This document shows, in pieces, positions 50,175 to 61,158 of a DNA stretch of 64,000 nucleotides. The notes beneath the pieces were generated by a model, which searched no databases, was not told where the DNA came from, and was given only the letters and a program-made list of their open reading frames with translations. Both the position numbers and the translations under genes were made by a program. The stretch covers positions 146,890 through 210,889 of the forward strand of contig CAVWLW010000069.1 in NCBI GenBank assembly GCA_963755715.1, in the 5' to 3' direction. Within the stretch, counting starts at the first letter, position 1, and each line of letters starts with the position of its first letter. The stretch is from an uncultured delta proteobacterium. Lineage in GTDB: Bacteria; Desulfobacterota; Binatia; UBA9968.

Positions 50175-51539
50175 CTACAAAAGAGCTACATTGCCACGGC
50201 TGGTGTCTTTGAGCGCATTGCGCGTATCGAAAATCAATGGGCTGAACTCGGCGACCATGGCATAGTCGAACGCGGAATGGTCCGTCAGAATCGCGACTAA
50301 ATCCATAGACTGCAGCACACTCGGGGTCAGTTCGACTGACTTGAGAGTCTTGTCGTTAATTTGAACCATCGGGATATAAGGATCGGTGAAATGGATCGAC
50401 GCGCCCTTCTCATCCAGCCCCATTAAAATCTGCAGCGCGGGCGACTCTCGAACATCATTGGTGTCGCGTTTATAGGCGACTCCCAACGCAAGGATGTTGG
50501 CGCCGTTGAGACATTTACGTTTCCCATTGAGAGCATCCGAGATGCCCCGGATAACAAAGGCCGGCATCTGACTGTTGATGTGACCGGCGAGTTCTATCAA
50601 GCGCGGTTCGCATCCCTTCATGCGCGCCTTCCAAGTCAAATAATACGGGTCGACGGGAATGCAATGACCCCCGAGACCCGGCCCCGGATAAAAAGGCATA
50701 AAACCGAACGGTTTGGATTTTGCCGCCTCAATGACTTCCCAGACATTTATGCCAAAGCTGTGGCAGGCTAAAGCCATTTCGTTGGCGAGCGCGATATTCA
50801 CGCTGCGAAAGGTATTCTCCAAGAGCTTCACCATCTCGGCGCAATCGGTCGATGAGACGGAAAACACATTGTCGATAAATTGGCGATAGAACAATACGGC
50901 CATCTCGGCACAATGCGGAGTCACACCGCCGACGACCTTGGGAATATTTCGCGTGTTATAAGTTGAGTTTCCCGGATCGACCCGCTCCGGCGAATAAGCC
51001 AAAAAGAAATCCGTCCCAGCTCTTAACCCGGATTCCTCAAGAATAGGCAAAACCACTTCTCGCGAAGTTCCCGGATACGTCGTGCTCTCCAGGATGACCA
51101 GTTGCCCAGGCCGAATATGGTTCCGAATCACTTCGACGGCCGCGATCACGTAGGACAACTCGGGATCTTTGTTTTTTCTTAAGGGCGTTGGAACACAGAT
51201 GTTGATCGTGTCGAGATCCCCCACCGCGGACAGCGACTGAGTTGCCCGCAACTTGCCATCGGCGATAAACGACGCTACCGTTTCACTGGAGATATCGGGA
51301 ATATAAGAAATGCCGGCATTGATCGAATTGACTTTCTCCTTGATGAGATCAATACCGGTTACATGGAAACCTTCCCTGGCCATTTCCACCGCCAGCGGCA
51401 GACCGACGTAACCCAATCCTATAATACCGACTTTGGCTGAACGGTTTCGGATGCGCCGTTTTAGCTCGCGTCCCAGATTGGGCACTTGCGTCATTATTTT
51501 ATCGCCGTAAGACAGAACTGTCTCCCCTCGTAGTTCCAT
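50175..51539 (-). CDS. UDP-N-acetylhexosamine 6-dehydrogenase (WbpA/WecC family)
   Basis: GLGYVGLPLA, ICVPTP, LESTTYPG, YSPER, KLLEN and GGHCIPVDP. RBS AAGGAGG. Confidence 0.93.
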   Translation of the reverse strand: MELRGETVLSYGDKIMTQVPNLGRELKRRIRNRSAKVGIIGLGYVGLPLAVEMAREGFHVTGIDLIKEKVNSINAGISYIPDISSETVASFIADGKLRATQSLSAVGDLDTINICVPTPLRKNKDPELSYVIAAVEVIRNHIRPGQLVILESTTYPGTSREVVLPILEESGLRAGTDFFLAYSPERVDPGNSTYNTRNIPKVVGGVTPHCAEMAVLFYRQFIDNVFSVSSTDCAEMVKLLENTFRSVNIALANEMALACHSFGINVWEVIEAAKSKPFGFMPFYPGPGLGGHCIPVDPYYLTWKARMKGCEPRLIELAGHINSQMPAFVIRGISDALNGKRKCLNGANILALGVAYKRDTNDVRESPALQILMGLDEKGASIHFTDPYIPMVQINDKTLKSVELTPSVLQSMDLVAILTDHSAFDYAMVAEFSPLIFDTRNALKDTSRGNVALL

Positions 51540-51609
51540 TAACACTCCTCCTTAAAATGGTGATCGCCGGATTCGTTCGATAAGCGTCCGGTGCGCCGTT
51601 ATGCTGCGC

Positions 51610-52719
51610 TTATTGAATGCGGAATTGAGACGGCATGCATAGATTGATCGGCATGAGCAACAACTTGCATACCGACGGGATCGGCAGAGTCAAGGTTTCC
51701 CACGCAACGTTGAGAGTTCTTCGGCTTAAGAGAGATCCAAAGCTCGCGCCGTCCAACATATACTGATCGACGATTTTGTGGACCGCTTTGAGCGTTAAGT
51801 TGCCGAAAACAGGTTGGCCCAGGTAGAACCGCTGCAAAATGCCGTCGGGCAGTGAGATCAATCGTCGGCTTTCCAAATAACTCAACAAAAGATGAAGATA
51901 GGTCAGCGCTGTCGATTGATCGATCCAGGCAAAAATGTTTTCCCAACGCAGGCTGTCGCCCATCTGTTGCAAAAGAAAAATAAGGTCCAGGGCCGCGATC
52001 ATGCCGCCGACCTCTTTGAAGTCTTGCGCCCAATGGACCGCGAGATAAACAACCTGGAGTTCCGGAGAGAGTCGATGGACGGTCCTACCCTGAAACATAG
52101 ACGCTTTTATCTGCGAAGAAACGTGCGACGGTTGAAAAACACGGCCATGGCTCGCATGGTTTTTCGCCGAGATCAGACGATGATGAAGCTCGACCCAGAC
52201 CTGCTTCTCGTCGTGAAAAAACGGCATCACGTGATGGTGCGAATCGTATGTTTTATGCGGCGCATCGGAAGTTTGGCGGTAGCCAAGACCGTACAGCAAC
52301 GTTGCCATAGGGGCTAACGATTCTACCGGGACCAACAGGTCTATGTCGCGCATCGGTCGCAGGTGAAATTCGGGATAAAATTCTTCGGCGATCGAGATGC
52401 CCTTGAGCAGCGTAAGTTGGGGCACAGAACCGCAACTGGCATCGATGATCTCGGTCATGGCTTCGCGGTGATCCGCGCCGATCCATCGTGCCGTGAGATC
52501 GGCGGCTTTTAAAGACTGCCAATGGCGTGAAGTGAAGTTTTCTTGATTCTCTTTCGCGGCGTGAAAACAGGCCGGGCCCAAGCCGGATCGAATGATCCAA
52601 TCGAGCTGCGCGTCATCGAAATCGCCCAGCGAAAGATCGGTGCGCCCTCTCGAGACGGTCTCAAACAACGTCAGCAATTTCGCTCTTGCCGGCGAGCTTT
52701 CGCAGCGCATCGTACTCAC
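51610..52719 (-). CDS. Nucleotidyltransferase (NTP_transf_5-like)
   Basis: LLKG...FY...LRPMRDIDLLV, VELHHRL and LAVH motifs. Confidence 0.85.
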   Translation of the reverse strand: MSTMRCESSPARAKLLTLFETVSRGRTDLSLGDFDDAQLDWIIRSGLGPACFHAAKENQENFTSRHWQSLKAADLTARWIGADHREAMTEIIDASCGSVPQLTLLKGISIAEEFYPEFHLRPMRDIDLLVPVESLAPMATLLYGLGYRQTSDAPHKTYDSHHHVMPFFHDEKQVWVELHHRLISAKNHASHGRVFQPSHVSSQIKASMFQGRTVHRLSPELQVVYLAVHWAQDFKEVGGMIAALDLIFLLQQMGDSLRWENIFAWIDQSTALTYLHLLLSYLESRRLISLPDGILQRFYLGQPVFGNLTLKAVHKIVDQYMLDGASFGSLLSRRTLNVAWETLTLPIPSVCKLLLMPINLCMPSQFRIQ

Positions 52720-52742
52720 CCGATTGGGACTTGAAGAGAAAA

Positions 52743-53633
52743 TTACGAAAATAAACCCGGCGCGGCGCCATCATTCTGGCGCGAAAGCGCAGGTAGGGTC
52801 GACACAAGATCGCTTACCAGTTCACAGCTTGAACGAAGGTCGGCCGAACGAAGCTTGTAGCAAGCCGCGTTACAGGCGATTGCGATGGCGGCAGGCAAGC
52901 CGTCTTCCGTGTGTGCGAGTGGGTTTAGAGCCTGAGCAAATAATCGGGTGGCCGCTTCGCCCTTGCTGATACTTTGTAGCGTCGCACCTGTTTGGTCCTT
53001 GGGAGAATACTCCAGGAAAAACATCGCAGTCACAGGCACAGGTTGAGAAAGGGTTTGATTCGGCAGCATCGGCGTCGGCACGTGAAAAGTTCGAGATGTG
53101 CGAAGGATTTGGGCCGGCAGTGGATAGGCCTCCGGAGGCTCTCGTTTCAGGCATAGCGCGTGCGGATAGGGCGTCACCTTCATGGTTCGCAAATTTAAGG
53201 GAGCAAGCTCGTCGCTCAGATAACGGAAGCCGTGATGCAGCAAGCCCCAGGTCATGGTGGATTTGCCCTGTCCCGATGGGGCGACCAGGAGGATCGCATT
53301 GCCAGAAATTTCCAGCGCCGCCGCATGAACAAAGTAGAGGTCACCGCGCAGGCGCTGCAGCTCGATCGTCAGATCCTTTTCGAAAAGAAAAATAAGTTCG
53401 CCGTCATCGAGCGCCGGCAGCGGGGGACATCCTGCACGTAGGATGCAATATTCACCTCGCCCGTTGTTTTCGTTGATGGTGTATTCCAGGTTTGCACGGG
53501 CGTCATCTTGACGAAGCATCGAGCCATAGCCGTTTGCCAAAAGATTCCATATGGCGCGGTTCTGACATGAGATCTGCACGACGCGATCAAAAATAGAAAG
53601 CGTCAACAGACGTGAGGATGTTATTGAACTCAT
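52743..53633 (-). CDS. HPr-kinase-related Ser kinase
   Basis: VHAAAL, Walker A APSGQGKST and YLSDE. Confidence 0.85.
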   Translation of the reverse strand: MSSITSSRLLTLSIFDRVVQISCQNRAIWNLLANGYGSMLRQDDARANLEYTINENNGRGEYCILRAGCPPLPALDDGELIFLFEKDLTIELQRLRGDLYFVHAAALEISGNAILLVAPSGQGKSTMTWGLLHHGFRYLSDELAPLNLRTMKVTPYPHALCLKREPPEAYPLPAQILRTSRTFHVPTPMLPNQTLSQPVPVTAMFFLEYSPKDQTGATLQSISKGEAATRLFAQALNPLAHTEDGLPAAIAIACNAACYKLRSADLRSSCELVSDLVSTLPALSRQNDGAAPGLFS

Positions 53634-53731
53634 GTCGTGAAAGGCCGATGCCGCAAATGGTATTGACTCTGTACCCGCAGCGCCGCCATTCCAACAGTCG
53701 AAATTACCGCGCTGTGGTTAGCGAAGCTCCT

Positions 53732-53748
53732 GGCCCAGCGGCTGGGCC
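53732..53748 (-). other. GC-rich hairpin just after the peptide stop codon
   Basis: GGCCCAGC-G-GCTGGGCC with no U-tract. Confidence 0.55.
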
Positions 53749-53752
53749 GTCA

Positions 53753-53968
53753 TTAACTGCCGGCTTGCCCGGACTTGGATCCGTTCGGTTGCTGATTCTG
53801 ATCCGTTTCCTTGTCAACTTTGTAACTATCTCTGCTCTTAGTGCTCGATCTCGAAGCTCCGCTACCGGCTGCGGCAAAAGCCGGCAGTGCTTTCAGGGTC
53901 AAAATCATCGGCACCGCATACGCTGCTTTCTTGATAAAGTCTCGTCGCTCGGATTTTTCTTCAAACAT
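53753..53968 (-). CDS. 71-aa putative RiPP-like precursor with twin-arginine signal
   Basis: AAGGAG 7 nt before the ATG. Sequence MFEEKSERRDFIKKAAYAVPMILTLKALPAFAAAGSGASRSSTKSRDSYKVDKETDQNQQPNGSKSGQAGS*. It is hidden inside the 267-aa ORF call. Confidence 0.8.
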   Translation of the reverse strand: MFEEKSERRDFIKKAAYAVPMILTLKALPAFAAAGSGASRSSTKSRDSYKVDKETDQNQQPNGSKSGQAGS

Positions 53969-54029
53969 GGGATGTCTCCTTTCATTGAACATAAATTTAA
54001 ATTCATCGGGATTCGGCAAATTCACCCGT

Positions 54030-54359
54030 TCAACATTCTTCCAGGAGCTTCGATCGGCGCAACGTCTCGACCGTAGCCAGCACGTCCCTACGAGCCGTCG
54101 GGTAGTCGATCTCGAATGCTTGGCAAAGCTCGTGCGTGATTTCGTCCGACGTACGAATCCCATCACAACGCTCCCATATGTAGGTCGCGGTTTTGTTGAA
54201 CTGGTGAATAAACTCCTCCCGGCGGTCGAGCACAACCGTTTCTCCTTCAACCACGCGGGTTCGTATATCCGGCCGCCGCTTCGGTCGAAGCATCGAGGAT
54301 CGCGGCGCATCGAGATTGCCATGAGTTGTCCCCGCTGCTGTAGCTTTGTATTCCTGCAT
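54030..54359 (-). CDS. PqqD-family RiPP recognition element
   Basis: VEGETVVLD..IHQFNKTATYIWERCDG..I..LCQAFEID..TARRDV..LRRSKLL. RBS AAGGAGG. Confidence 0.9.
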   Translation of the reverse strand: MQEYKATAAGTTHGNLDAPRSSMLRPKRRPDIRTRVVEGETVVLDRREEFIHQFNKTATYIWERCDGIRTSDEITHELCQAFEIDYPTARRDVLATVETLRRSKLLEEC

Positions 54360-54536
54360 CGCTTGCCTCCTTTCTCCAGAAGATTTTTACTCACTTCATG
54401 AAGCGTAAATACGATCTTTTTAAATATTTCGACTCCGAGTAAACAACCACAGCACGACGGCGACTTGCAAGACCGGTCTGCCGGCTCCTGCGCAGTCTTG
54501 ACAAGATGGTTTCGATCGTGTCTTGACTGTTCTCGA

Positions 54537-56465
54537 TCAAGCCGTTTCTCTGGCAATCCGCAAGTTGCGCAGGACGTCCTTTTTAGTTTGCTGACGACGC
54601 AGTTGTTCCGTGGTGTCCATGTCGGTTGGGCGAAAAGTCGGGACCATTTCGCAGAGCACCTCTAACGCCAGCCAAGGCTTGCCGTTGATCGCCAGCCGCT
54701 CCATTTCCTCGATCTTTCGGGTGACAGAATCTAAGTCGGCTACCCAGCCCGATTGCACTCGTTTAATCTTTTCGACTTCCGACGGGACGATCATTTCGTC
54801 CATCGCGACCAACTCCTCGCGCAGCTTTTCTCCCGGCCGCAGGCCGACGACTTGGATGGCGATCTCGTCGTCAGGGATAAAACCCGCGAGACGAATCAAA
54901 TGACGCGCCATTTCCATAAGCTTCACCTGCTCGCCCATCTCTAGCACGAATATGTCTCCGCCGCGCGCGAGGGCGCCCGACTGGAGCACCAATTGAACCG
55001 CCTCCGGAATCGTCATGAAGTAGCGGGTCATCTCGGGATGGGTAACCGTTACAGGGCCGCCCTGCTCGATTTGCTTAAGAAACAGGGGAACCACGCTGCC
55101 ATTGCTCCCCAGGACATTGCCAAAGCGCACGGCCGTGAATATCGTTTTGACTCCTTCAGCGCTCTTTGCCAACGCTTGGATGTACATTTCACCGACGCGT
55201 TTGGTCGCACCCATGACGTTGGTCGGGTTGACGGCTTTGTCGGTCGAAATTAGCACGAACCGCTCGATCTTTTTTCGCAGCGCGAGCTGAATCAGACGGT
55301 GAGTGCCGACGACGTTGTTCAGCACGGCTTCTCCCGGATGTTGCTCCATCATCGGCACATGCTTATATGCCGCCGCGTGAAAGATGATTTGCGGATTCTC
55401 TTGGAGAAAAACCTGTTCGATGGGCCTGATGTGCTTCACGTCAGCAAGCACGGAAACCCGGTTCACGTCGGGAAACGAACGCGCGAATTCCATGTCTATG
55501 TCGTAAAGCGCGCTTTCGCTCTTATCCAAAAGAATCAGACGCGCGGGCTCATATTTCGCGATCTGCCGAGCCAACTCAGAGCCGATCGATCCACCCGCAC
55601 CCGTCACCAGGATCCTCTTGCCCTTCACCAGGTTCTGCACGGGGCCGATATCCAACCCTACCGGCAACCGCTCCAGGAGATCTTCGATCGATAAATCTTG
55701 GATCTGGCTGGCGCTGACTTTGCCATTTTGCAGCTTCGCCACGCCCGGGAGAGTTTTGATCGGAATCTTGAACAGCTCCAAGGCTGTGAGAATTTGCCGG
55801 ACCAACGCAGGTGAAGCGCTCGGGATCGCGAGAAGAACTTCAGCAATCTTGTGCGATCGCAGAATCTTGGGGAGGTCTTGCCGCGAGCCGAGCACGGGCA
55901 GCCCATGAATACGCTGACCTATCTTGCTTGCACTGTCGTCGATAAAACCTATCGGTTCGTAATCATAGAGAGCGCCATTGTTTTTTATATCGCGAACGAT
56001 CATCTCGCCCGCATCTCCCGCCCCATAGATCAAAACACGCTTGCCTCGATGCACCTGCCCCACGCCATGATAGAGGCGGCGGGCCAGCCGACTGCCCCCC
56101 ATGAAGAAAATCAGCAGCAAGGAATCAATGATAAAAACCGACAGCGGATATTTTACGAGACCCATGCCCCAATGAACCAAAACATAAAAAACAGCGGTAC
56201 TCGAGAGAACTCCATAAATGACATTCCGGAGATCCCAAATACCGGTATAACGCCAGAGTCCTTGGTAAAGCCGCAGGGGAATAAAGATGACTCCTCGAAT
56301 CAGGACGAGCCAAGGGATCATCTGAATGAAAAGCGCGATTTCCTGAGCCGGAATCACGCCATCGAATCTAATCCAGAAAGCCAAATAATTGGCCAGCGCG
56401 ATCAATACGATGTGGAATCCGACGTTGAGAAATCGCCGAAATTTTAGAAGCATTGATTTGGTCAT
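54537..56465 (-). CDS. Membrane UDP-GlcNAc 4,6-dehydratase (CapD/PglF/WbpM family)
   Basis: Four TM helices, [34 protein letters not shown] and RFGNVLGS. Confidence 0.93.
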   Translation of the reverse strand: MTKSMLLKFRRFLNVGFHIVLIALANYLAFWIRFDGVIPAQEIALFIQMIPWLVLIRGVIFIPLRLYQGLWRYTGIWDLRNVIYGVLSSTAVFYVLVHWGMGLVKYPLSVFIIDSLLLIFFMGGSRLARRLYHGVGQVHRGKRVLIYGAGDAGEMIVRDIKNNGALYDYEPIGFIDDSASKIGQRIHGLPVLGSRQDLPKILRSHKIAEVLLAIPSASPALVRQILTALELFKIPIKTLPGVAKLQNGKVSASQIQDLSIEDLLERLPVGLDIGPVQNLVKGKRILVTGAGGSIGSELARQIAKYEPARLILLDKSESALYDIDMEFARSFPDVNRVSVLADVKHIRPIEQVFLQENPQIIFHAAAYKHVPMMEQHPGEAVLNNVVGTHRLIQLALRKKIERFVLISTDKAVNPTNVMGATKRVGEMYIQALAKSAEGVKTIFTAVRFGNVLGSNGSVVPLFLKQIEQGGPVTVTHPEMTRYFMTIPEAVQLVLQSGALARGGDIFVLEMGEQVKLMEMARHLIRLAGFIPDDEIAIQVVGLRPGEKLREELVAMDEMIVPSEVEKIKRVQSGWVADLDSVTRKIEEMERLAINGKPWLALEVLCEMVPTFRPTDMDTTEQLRRQQTKKDVLRNLRIARETA

Positions 56466-56652
56466 GAGAATATCTCCAATGCCGATCGTGAACTGCCTTA
56501 CTGGTGCGTCCGGCGGCAAGATTGAAAGGAAAAAATACTGCGAATCGGGAACTTTTCAGCTCCCGATCCTTCTACCCTAAGTGGTCATGCTAAGAGGAAA
56601 CGATTCGGAAAACGAAATAGAGGAAAGCATTCAGGAGACAAATAATTCGGGA

Positions 56653-57621
56653 TTAAGGATTTTGACCAACGGCGACTTCGCGGCTACTAGCCCGATGTGC
56701 GATAAACCAGGCAACTGTTTTTGCTATACCCTCGCGCAGGTCACACTGGGCCCGAAAGCCGAAATAGCGTTCGGCGCGGCTAACATCGAGGCATCGGCGC
56801 GGTTGGCCATTGGGTTTGGTTGTATCCCAACGGATGGCACCGCAAAACCCGACTTCCGCCGCGATCATTTGAGCCAATTCTCTGATGGAAACCTCTTGCC
56901 CCGTGCCTAAGTTCACGGGCTCGCCGCCGTCGTACCGTTCACTAGCTATTACGATCGCTTCGGCGGCGTCATCGACGTAAAGGAACTCACGAGTCGGCGA
57001 ACCGTCGCCCCAAAGAACAATTTCCTTGTCGTTGTTTTCTTTGGCCTCGACACACTTACGGATGAGCGCTGGAATGACGTGTGAAGTGTCGAGATCGAAG
57101 TTATCTCCCGGCCCGTAAAGATTGACAGGAAGCAGGTAAATAGCGTTGAACCCATATTGCTCGCGATAGGCCTGAGCCTGTACGAGGAGCATTTTTTTGG
57201 CCAAGCCGTAAGGAGCATTGGTCTCTTCGGGGTAGCCATTCCACAGCTCCTCCTCTTTAAATGGAACCGACGCAAACTTAGGGTAGGCACAGACGGTGCC
57301 CACCGCAACGAACTTTTCAACTGCGCATCTGCGAGCATATTCCATCAGTTGAATTCCCATAATCGCGTTGTCGTAAAAAAATCGTCCGGGGTTGGCCAGA
57401 TTCGCGCCAATACCGCCTACAACGGCCGCAAGATGAATCACCACGTCGGGCTTCACATCGTTATAAAGTTTAACGATCATCTTCTGTTCCCGCAGGTCGT
57501 AACTCTTGGAACGGGGAACAAAAATATATTGACAACCCCGAACGCGAAGTTTATCTACGAGAACCGATCCTAAGAAACCGGCCCCCCCCGTCACCACGAT
57601 TCGTTTATGCTCCAACCCCAT
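56653..57621 (-). CDS. fcl: GDP-L-fucose synthase
   Basis: [32 protein letters not shown] and [10 protein letters not shown] motifs. Confidence 0.92.
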   Translation of the reverse strand: MGLEHKRIVVTGGAGFLGSVLVDKLRVRGCQYIFVPRSKSYDLREQKMIVKLYNDVKPDVVIHLAAVVGGIGANLANPGRFFYDNAIMGIQLMEYARRCAVEKFVAVGTVCAYPKFASVPFKEEELWNGYPEETNAPYGLAKKMLLVQAQAYREQYGFNAIYLLPVNLYGPGDNFDLDTSHVIPALIRKCVEAKENNDKEIVLWGDGSPTREFLYVDDAAEAIVIASERYDGGEPVNLGTGQEVSIRELAQMIAAEVGFCGAIRWDTTKPNGQPRRCLDVSRAERYFGFRAQCDLREGIAKTVAWFIAHRASSREVAVGQNP

Positions 57622-57930
57622 AGCGCTAACTCCTCATGATTCGCCTTAGTGCGTTGTGGACTATCCAAGATTTAGGACCCAGGCATTTATCAGAACACTG
57701 AGACTAATAAGCTTCCTTTTCGCTTTTTTTATGCACGCTTTTAGTTTCTCCGCTACAATTCGGTCATGCTCGAGCATATATGAGTTGAATACCCCGAGAT
57801 CAAAGAACTTGTCACGCTGTTTGATTCGATCGTGGGCTGAAGCTGAAGGTTCACGTGGCTACAAGATCTGAAGCCGTAGACATTCTCAACTGCTATCCGA
57901 GTATAACGAACCTGAGGGCGTGAGCGTTTG

Positions 57931-59010
57931 TCAGGGTGTTTTAAAGACCGAACGATCGGGATACTGCTGTCTCACTAGTGAAGCTGGGTCAAGGTTCGGT
58001 TTAGAACTTTGATACCCGTTCATGTGCGCCTCTTTCTTGGCCGCCTCCATGTCGGCATCGATCATCAAGCGCACCAAGTCTCTAAACTTGATCTTAGCTT
58101 CCCAACCCAATTTTCTCTTGGCTTTACTCGAGTCGCCGATCAATAAATCGACTTCCGCAGGACGATAATAGCGTTGATCGATTTCCAGGTACTTGCGCCA
58201 GTCCAGGCCCGCATAGGAAAAGGCTTCCTCAAGAAGCTCGCGAATCGAATGCGTCTCGCCGGTCGCAATGACATAGTCTTCAGGCGCGTCTTGCTGGAGC
58301 ATCAGCCACATGGCTTCCACATACTCCTTGGCATAACCCCAGTCCCGTTTAGACTCTAGGTTGCCCAAATAAAGCTTGTCTTCCAAGCCGGTTTTGATGC
58401 GCGCCACGGCACGGGTGACTTTACGGGTGACGAAAGTTTCTCCTCGGCGCGGCGACTCGTGATTGAACAGAATGCCGTTGCAAGCAAAGATACCGTAACT
58501 CTCCCGGTAATTGACCGTTAGCCAGTAAGCATAGACCTTCGCTGCCCCATAGGGGCTTCGCGGGTAGAAAGGAGTCGTCTCGCGTTGCGGCACTTCTTGA
58601 ACCTTGCCGTACATCTCCGAGCTGCTTGCCTGATAGAACTTCGTCTTCAGTCCAGTCTCGCGAATCGCCTCAAGAATTCGTATCGTGCCCAACCCGGTGA
58701 CGTCGCCGGTATATTCAGGTATGTCGAAACTCACGCGTACGTGGCTCTGCGCCGCCAGATGGTAAATTTCTTGCGGCTGAATCCGGTAGAGCAACTTGAT
58801 CAGGTTCGTTGCATCGGAGACGTCACCGTAATGCAAGAAAAGACGCACACCGTTGATATGGGGGTCTTGGTAGAGATGATCGATACGCTCCGTGTTAAAC
58901 GTTGAAGCCCGGCGAATGATTCCATGGACCTCATAGCCTTTTGCCAAAAGCAGCTCCGCTAGATAGGAACCGTCTTGCCCGGTAATACCCGTGACGAGAG
59001 CCTTTTTCAC
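57931..59010 (-). CDS. gmd: GDP-mannose 4,6-dehydratase
   Basis: [27 protein letters not shown] and [15 protein letters not shown] motifs. Confidence 0.96.
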   Translation of the reverse strand: MKKALVTGITGQDGSYLAELLLAKGYEVHGIIRRASTFNTERIDHLYQDPHINGVRLFLHYGDVSDATNLIKLLYRIQPQEIYHLAAQSHVRVSFDIPEYTGDVTGLGTIRILEAIRETGLKTKFYQASSSEMYGKVQEVPQRETTPFYPRSPYGAAKVYAYWLTVNYRESYGIFACNGILFNHESPRRGETFVTRKVTRAVARIKTGLEDKLYLGNLESKRDWGYAKEYVEAMWLMLQQDAPEDYVIATGETHSIRELLEEAFSYAGLDWRKYLEIDQRYYRPAEVDLLIGDSSKAKRKLGWEAKIKFRDLVRLMIDADMEAAKKEAHMNGYQSSKPNLDPASLVRQQYPDRSVFKTP

Positions 59011-59225
59011 TGCCGTTTCCTTTCCAGGTAGAAAACTCTGATCCCTTGTCATTTTTCTGCCGCACTTGTTATTGCTTTAGGGGCCGAAGTTCAGGGCGAA
59101 CTGAGAAAGCATTGTGCCATTATTCCCGCTTCCTAAGCAAAGAGTTCAACACCGACTCAAAACGAAACCGGGATTGATGGTGGACGAGTCGACAACCAAA
59201 CCGGCCCCATACAACTTTAGAAAAC

Positions 59226-59999
59226 TCAGACGGCACGTGCTATCCCCAAGACGTTCCAGGTCGTCTCGTCGGGGTTCCGATCGAATTCCGGGAAAGCTCC
59301 CAAGCGTACAGGAGCAAAGTCACAGCGTTCTAGAAACAAATCCAATTCGAGGGGGAAGAAAAAGCGCATCAGATGAGTCTCTTCGGTTTCGGATCTCAGC
59401 CGGTCTCCCTCCATTTTCCACAAGTGATAAGTCACTTTGCAGAGATGGCGCTGGACGTCAAGTTGCCCGGAGGCGAAGCGCAGTATTTGGCCGCCGTCCG
59501 TGGGGATCGATTTGACGCGATCGCTGGGCCCTTCTTTGAGCACTGCGGGACCGTACCACACGTCGAAAATAAGAAGGCCGCCTGATCGCACATGCTGCCT
59601 GGCGCTTCGAAGAGCCGCAAGCACGTTATGGTTTTCCAATTGATAGCCTAGCACCGCGAACATCATCAGCGCCGCATCAAACGATTGATCGACCCGTAAA
59701 CTGCAGATATCTCCTTCATAGAAAACAGCCTTGGCGTCGAGCTGCTGATCCGCTGCTTTCTTGCGGGCCCTATCAAGCATTGTATTTGAGCGGTCCACGC
59801 CGACAATTTCGTAACCCTGCTGGGCGAGTGGCAAGGCATGGTTTCCCGTGCCGCAGCCAAGATCCAAGATGTTCCGAACGGGTCGGTCGCCGTACGTTTT
59901 GAGCAACCTAGCGATCAATCCGCACTCTTCTAAATAGTCCTTGTCTTTGTAGAGGACATCATACGTACCCGCATATTCCGAACCAAAGACCCCGCTCAT
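59226..59999 (-). CDS. Class I SAM methyltransferase
   Basis: YDVLYKDKDY, ILDLGCGTG and FDVWYGPAV. ATGA overlap with the aminotransferase. Confidence 0.88.
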   Translation of the reverse strand: MSGVFGSEYAGTYDVLYKDKDYLEECGLIARLLKTYGDRPVRNILDLGCGTGNHALPLAQQGYEIVGVDRSNTMLDRARKKAADQQLDAKAVFYEGDICSLRVDQSFDAALMMFAVLGYQLENHNVLAALRSARQHVRSGGLLIFDVWYGPAVLKEGPSDRVKSIPTDGGQILRFASGQLDVQRHLCKVTYHLWKMEGDRLRSETEETHLMRFFFPLELDLFLERCDFAPVRLGAFPEFDRNPDETTWNVLGIARAV

Positions 60000-61134
60000 G
60001 AAAGGACCTCGTGCACGGCAGCGCACACCTCGTCCAGTTGCTCTGCTGTGAGCGCCAACCCCGAGGGGAAATATAATCCCTGACGAGCAATCCGCTCTGT
60101 TACTGGAAATCGCTCCTGCACGAATAATCCTCTCTGATGAAAAACTGGTTGCTCATGCAATCCCAAAAAAAATGGGCGAGTTTCTATGCCATGCTGTTTC
60201 AGCCTCTGCGCAAAAATAGTCGCGTCCATGCCGGTTTCTTCGGACAAGACGACACCGTACATCCAATAGACATTCCGGGCCCAGGGTTCCTCTACCGGCA
60301 ATTGCAAGCCCTTTAAGCCTGCGAGGCGCCGATTGTATTCCTGGCCGATCCAGCGCTTGCGCGCGACGATTTCCTCGAACCGTTCCAATTGAGCGAGGCC
60401 AAGTGCAGCCTGCAGGTTTGTAAGGCGAAAATTGAATCCGAGCTCCTCATGATGAAAACGCCGATTGGCTTGAAAACAGAGGTTACGCAAAGAGCGCGCC
60501 TTTTCAGCCAAGCTTGGGTCATCGGTGAGAACCATGCCACCCTCACCGGTCGTGATCAAGCTTATTAGCATAAAAACTGAAACAACTGAGCGTCCCGAAA
60601 TTACCGCAACGACGCCATGCGGAGTGGAGCGTGTCCCGTTTGGAGAGATATTCCGCCCCATGCACCTCCGCAGCGTCTTCAACAATGGCGAGGCCATGTT
60701 TCTCCGCCAGGTCCAGAATCGGATCCATATCCACCGGGTGTCCATATATATGTACCGGCATAATAGCGCGAGTCCGCGCGGTAATCTTCCTCTTCACTTG
60801 ATCGACATCCATGCACCACGTCCGAGGATCACAATCCACCAAAACCGGCACGCCGCCGTTATAAACAACCGCAAGAGCACAGGAAATGATCGTAAATGTC
60901 GGCATGATGACTTCATCGCCCGGCTTTAACCCGAGACAAGCTACCGACAACTTGGAGGGCGACTGTGCCGTTACTCACAGCAATCCCATAGCGCCGGCCG
61001 CAGTAAGCTGCCCATTTCTCTTCAAATTCTTCGATAAATCTGCCCGCCGAAGAAATCCAGCCGGTGCGTACACATTCCGAGACGTACTCTAACTCGCGTG
61101 CACCCAGATACGGCTCATTCACGGGTATCATCAC
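59996..61134 (-). CDS. DegT/DnrJ sugar aminotransferase (perosamine-synthase-like), two frameshifts
   Basis: Three consecutive frames: IPVNEP..GWISS..SNGTVAL, then PVHIYGHP..EDAAE..FSFYANK, then ITTGEGG. Shifts near 60950 and 60560. Confidence 0.85.
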
Positions 61135-61158
61135 TTTGTCCGGATCCCTATCGGTAGA

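Noticed and set aside
53753-53968. Conventional lasso peptide precursor
   Set aside because: No Thr at -2 before a plausible core start, and no cyclase or B2 peptidase nearby.
54030-54359. PQQ biosynthesis
   Set aside because: No pqqA (ExxxY), pqqB or pqqE. The PqqC-like-fold gene is 26 kb away in an unrelated operon.
53753-54556. 267-aa ORF in the track
   Set aside because: It overlaps the PqqD gene in another frame. Only the last 71 codons have their own RBS and look like a real gene.
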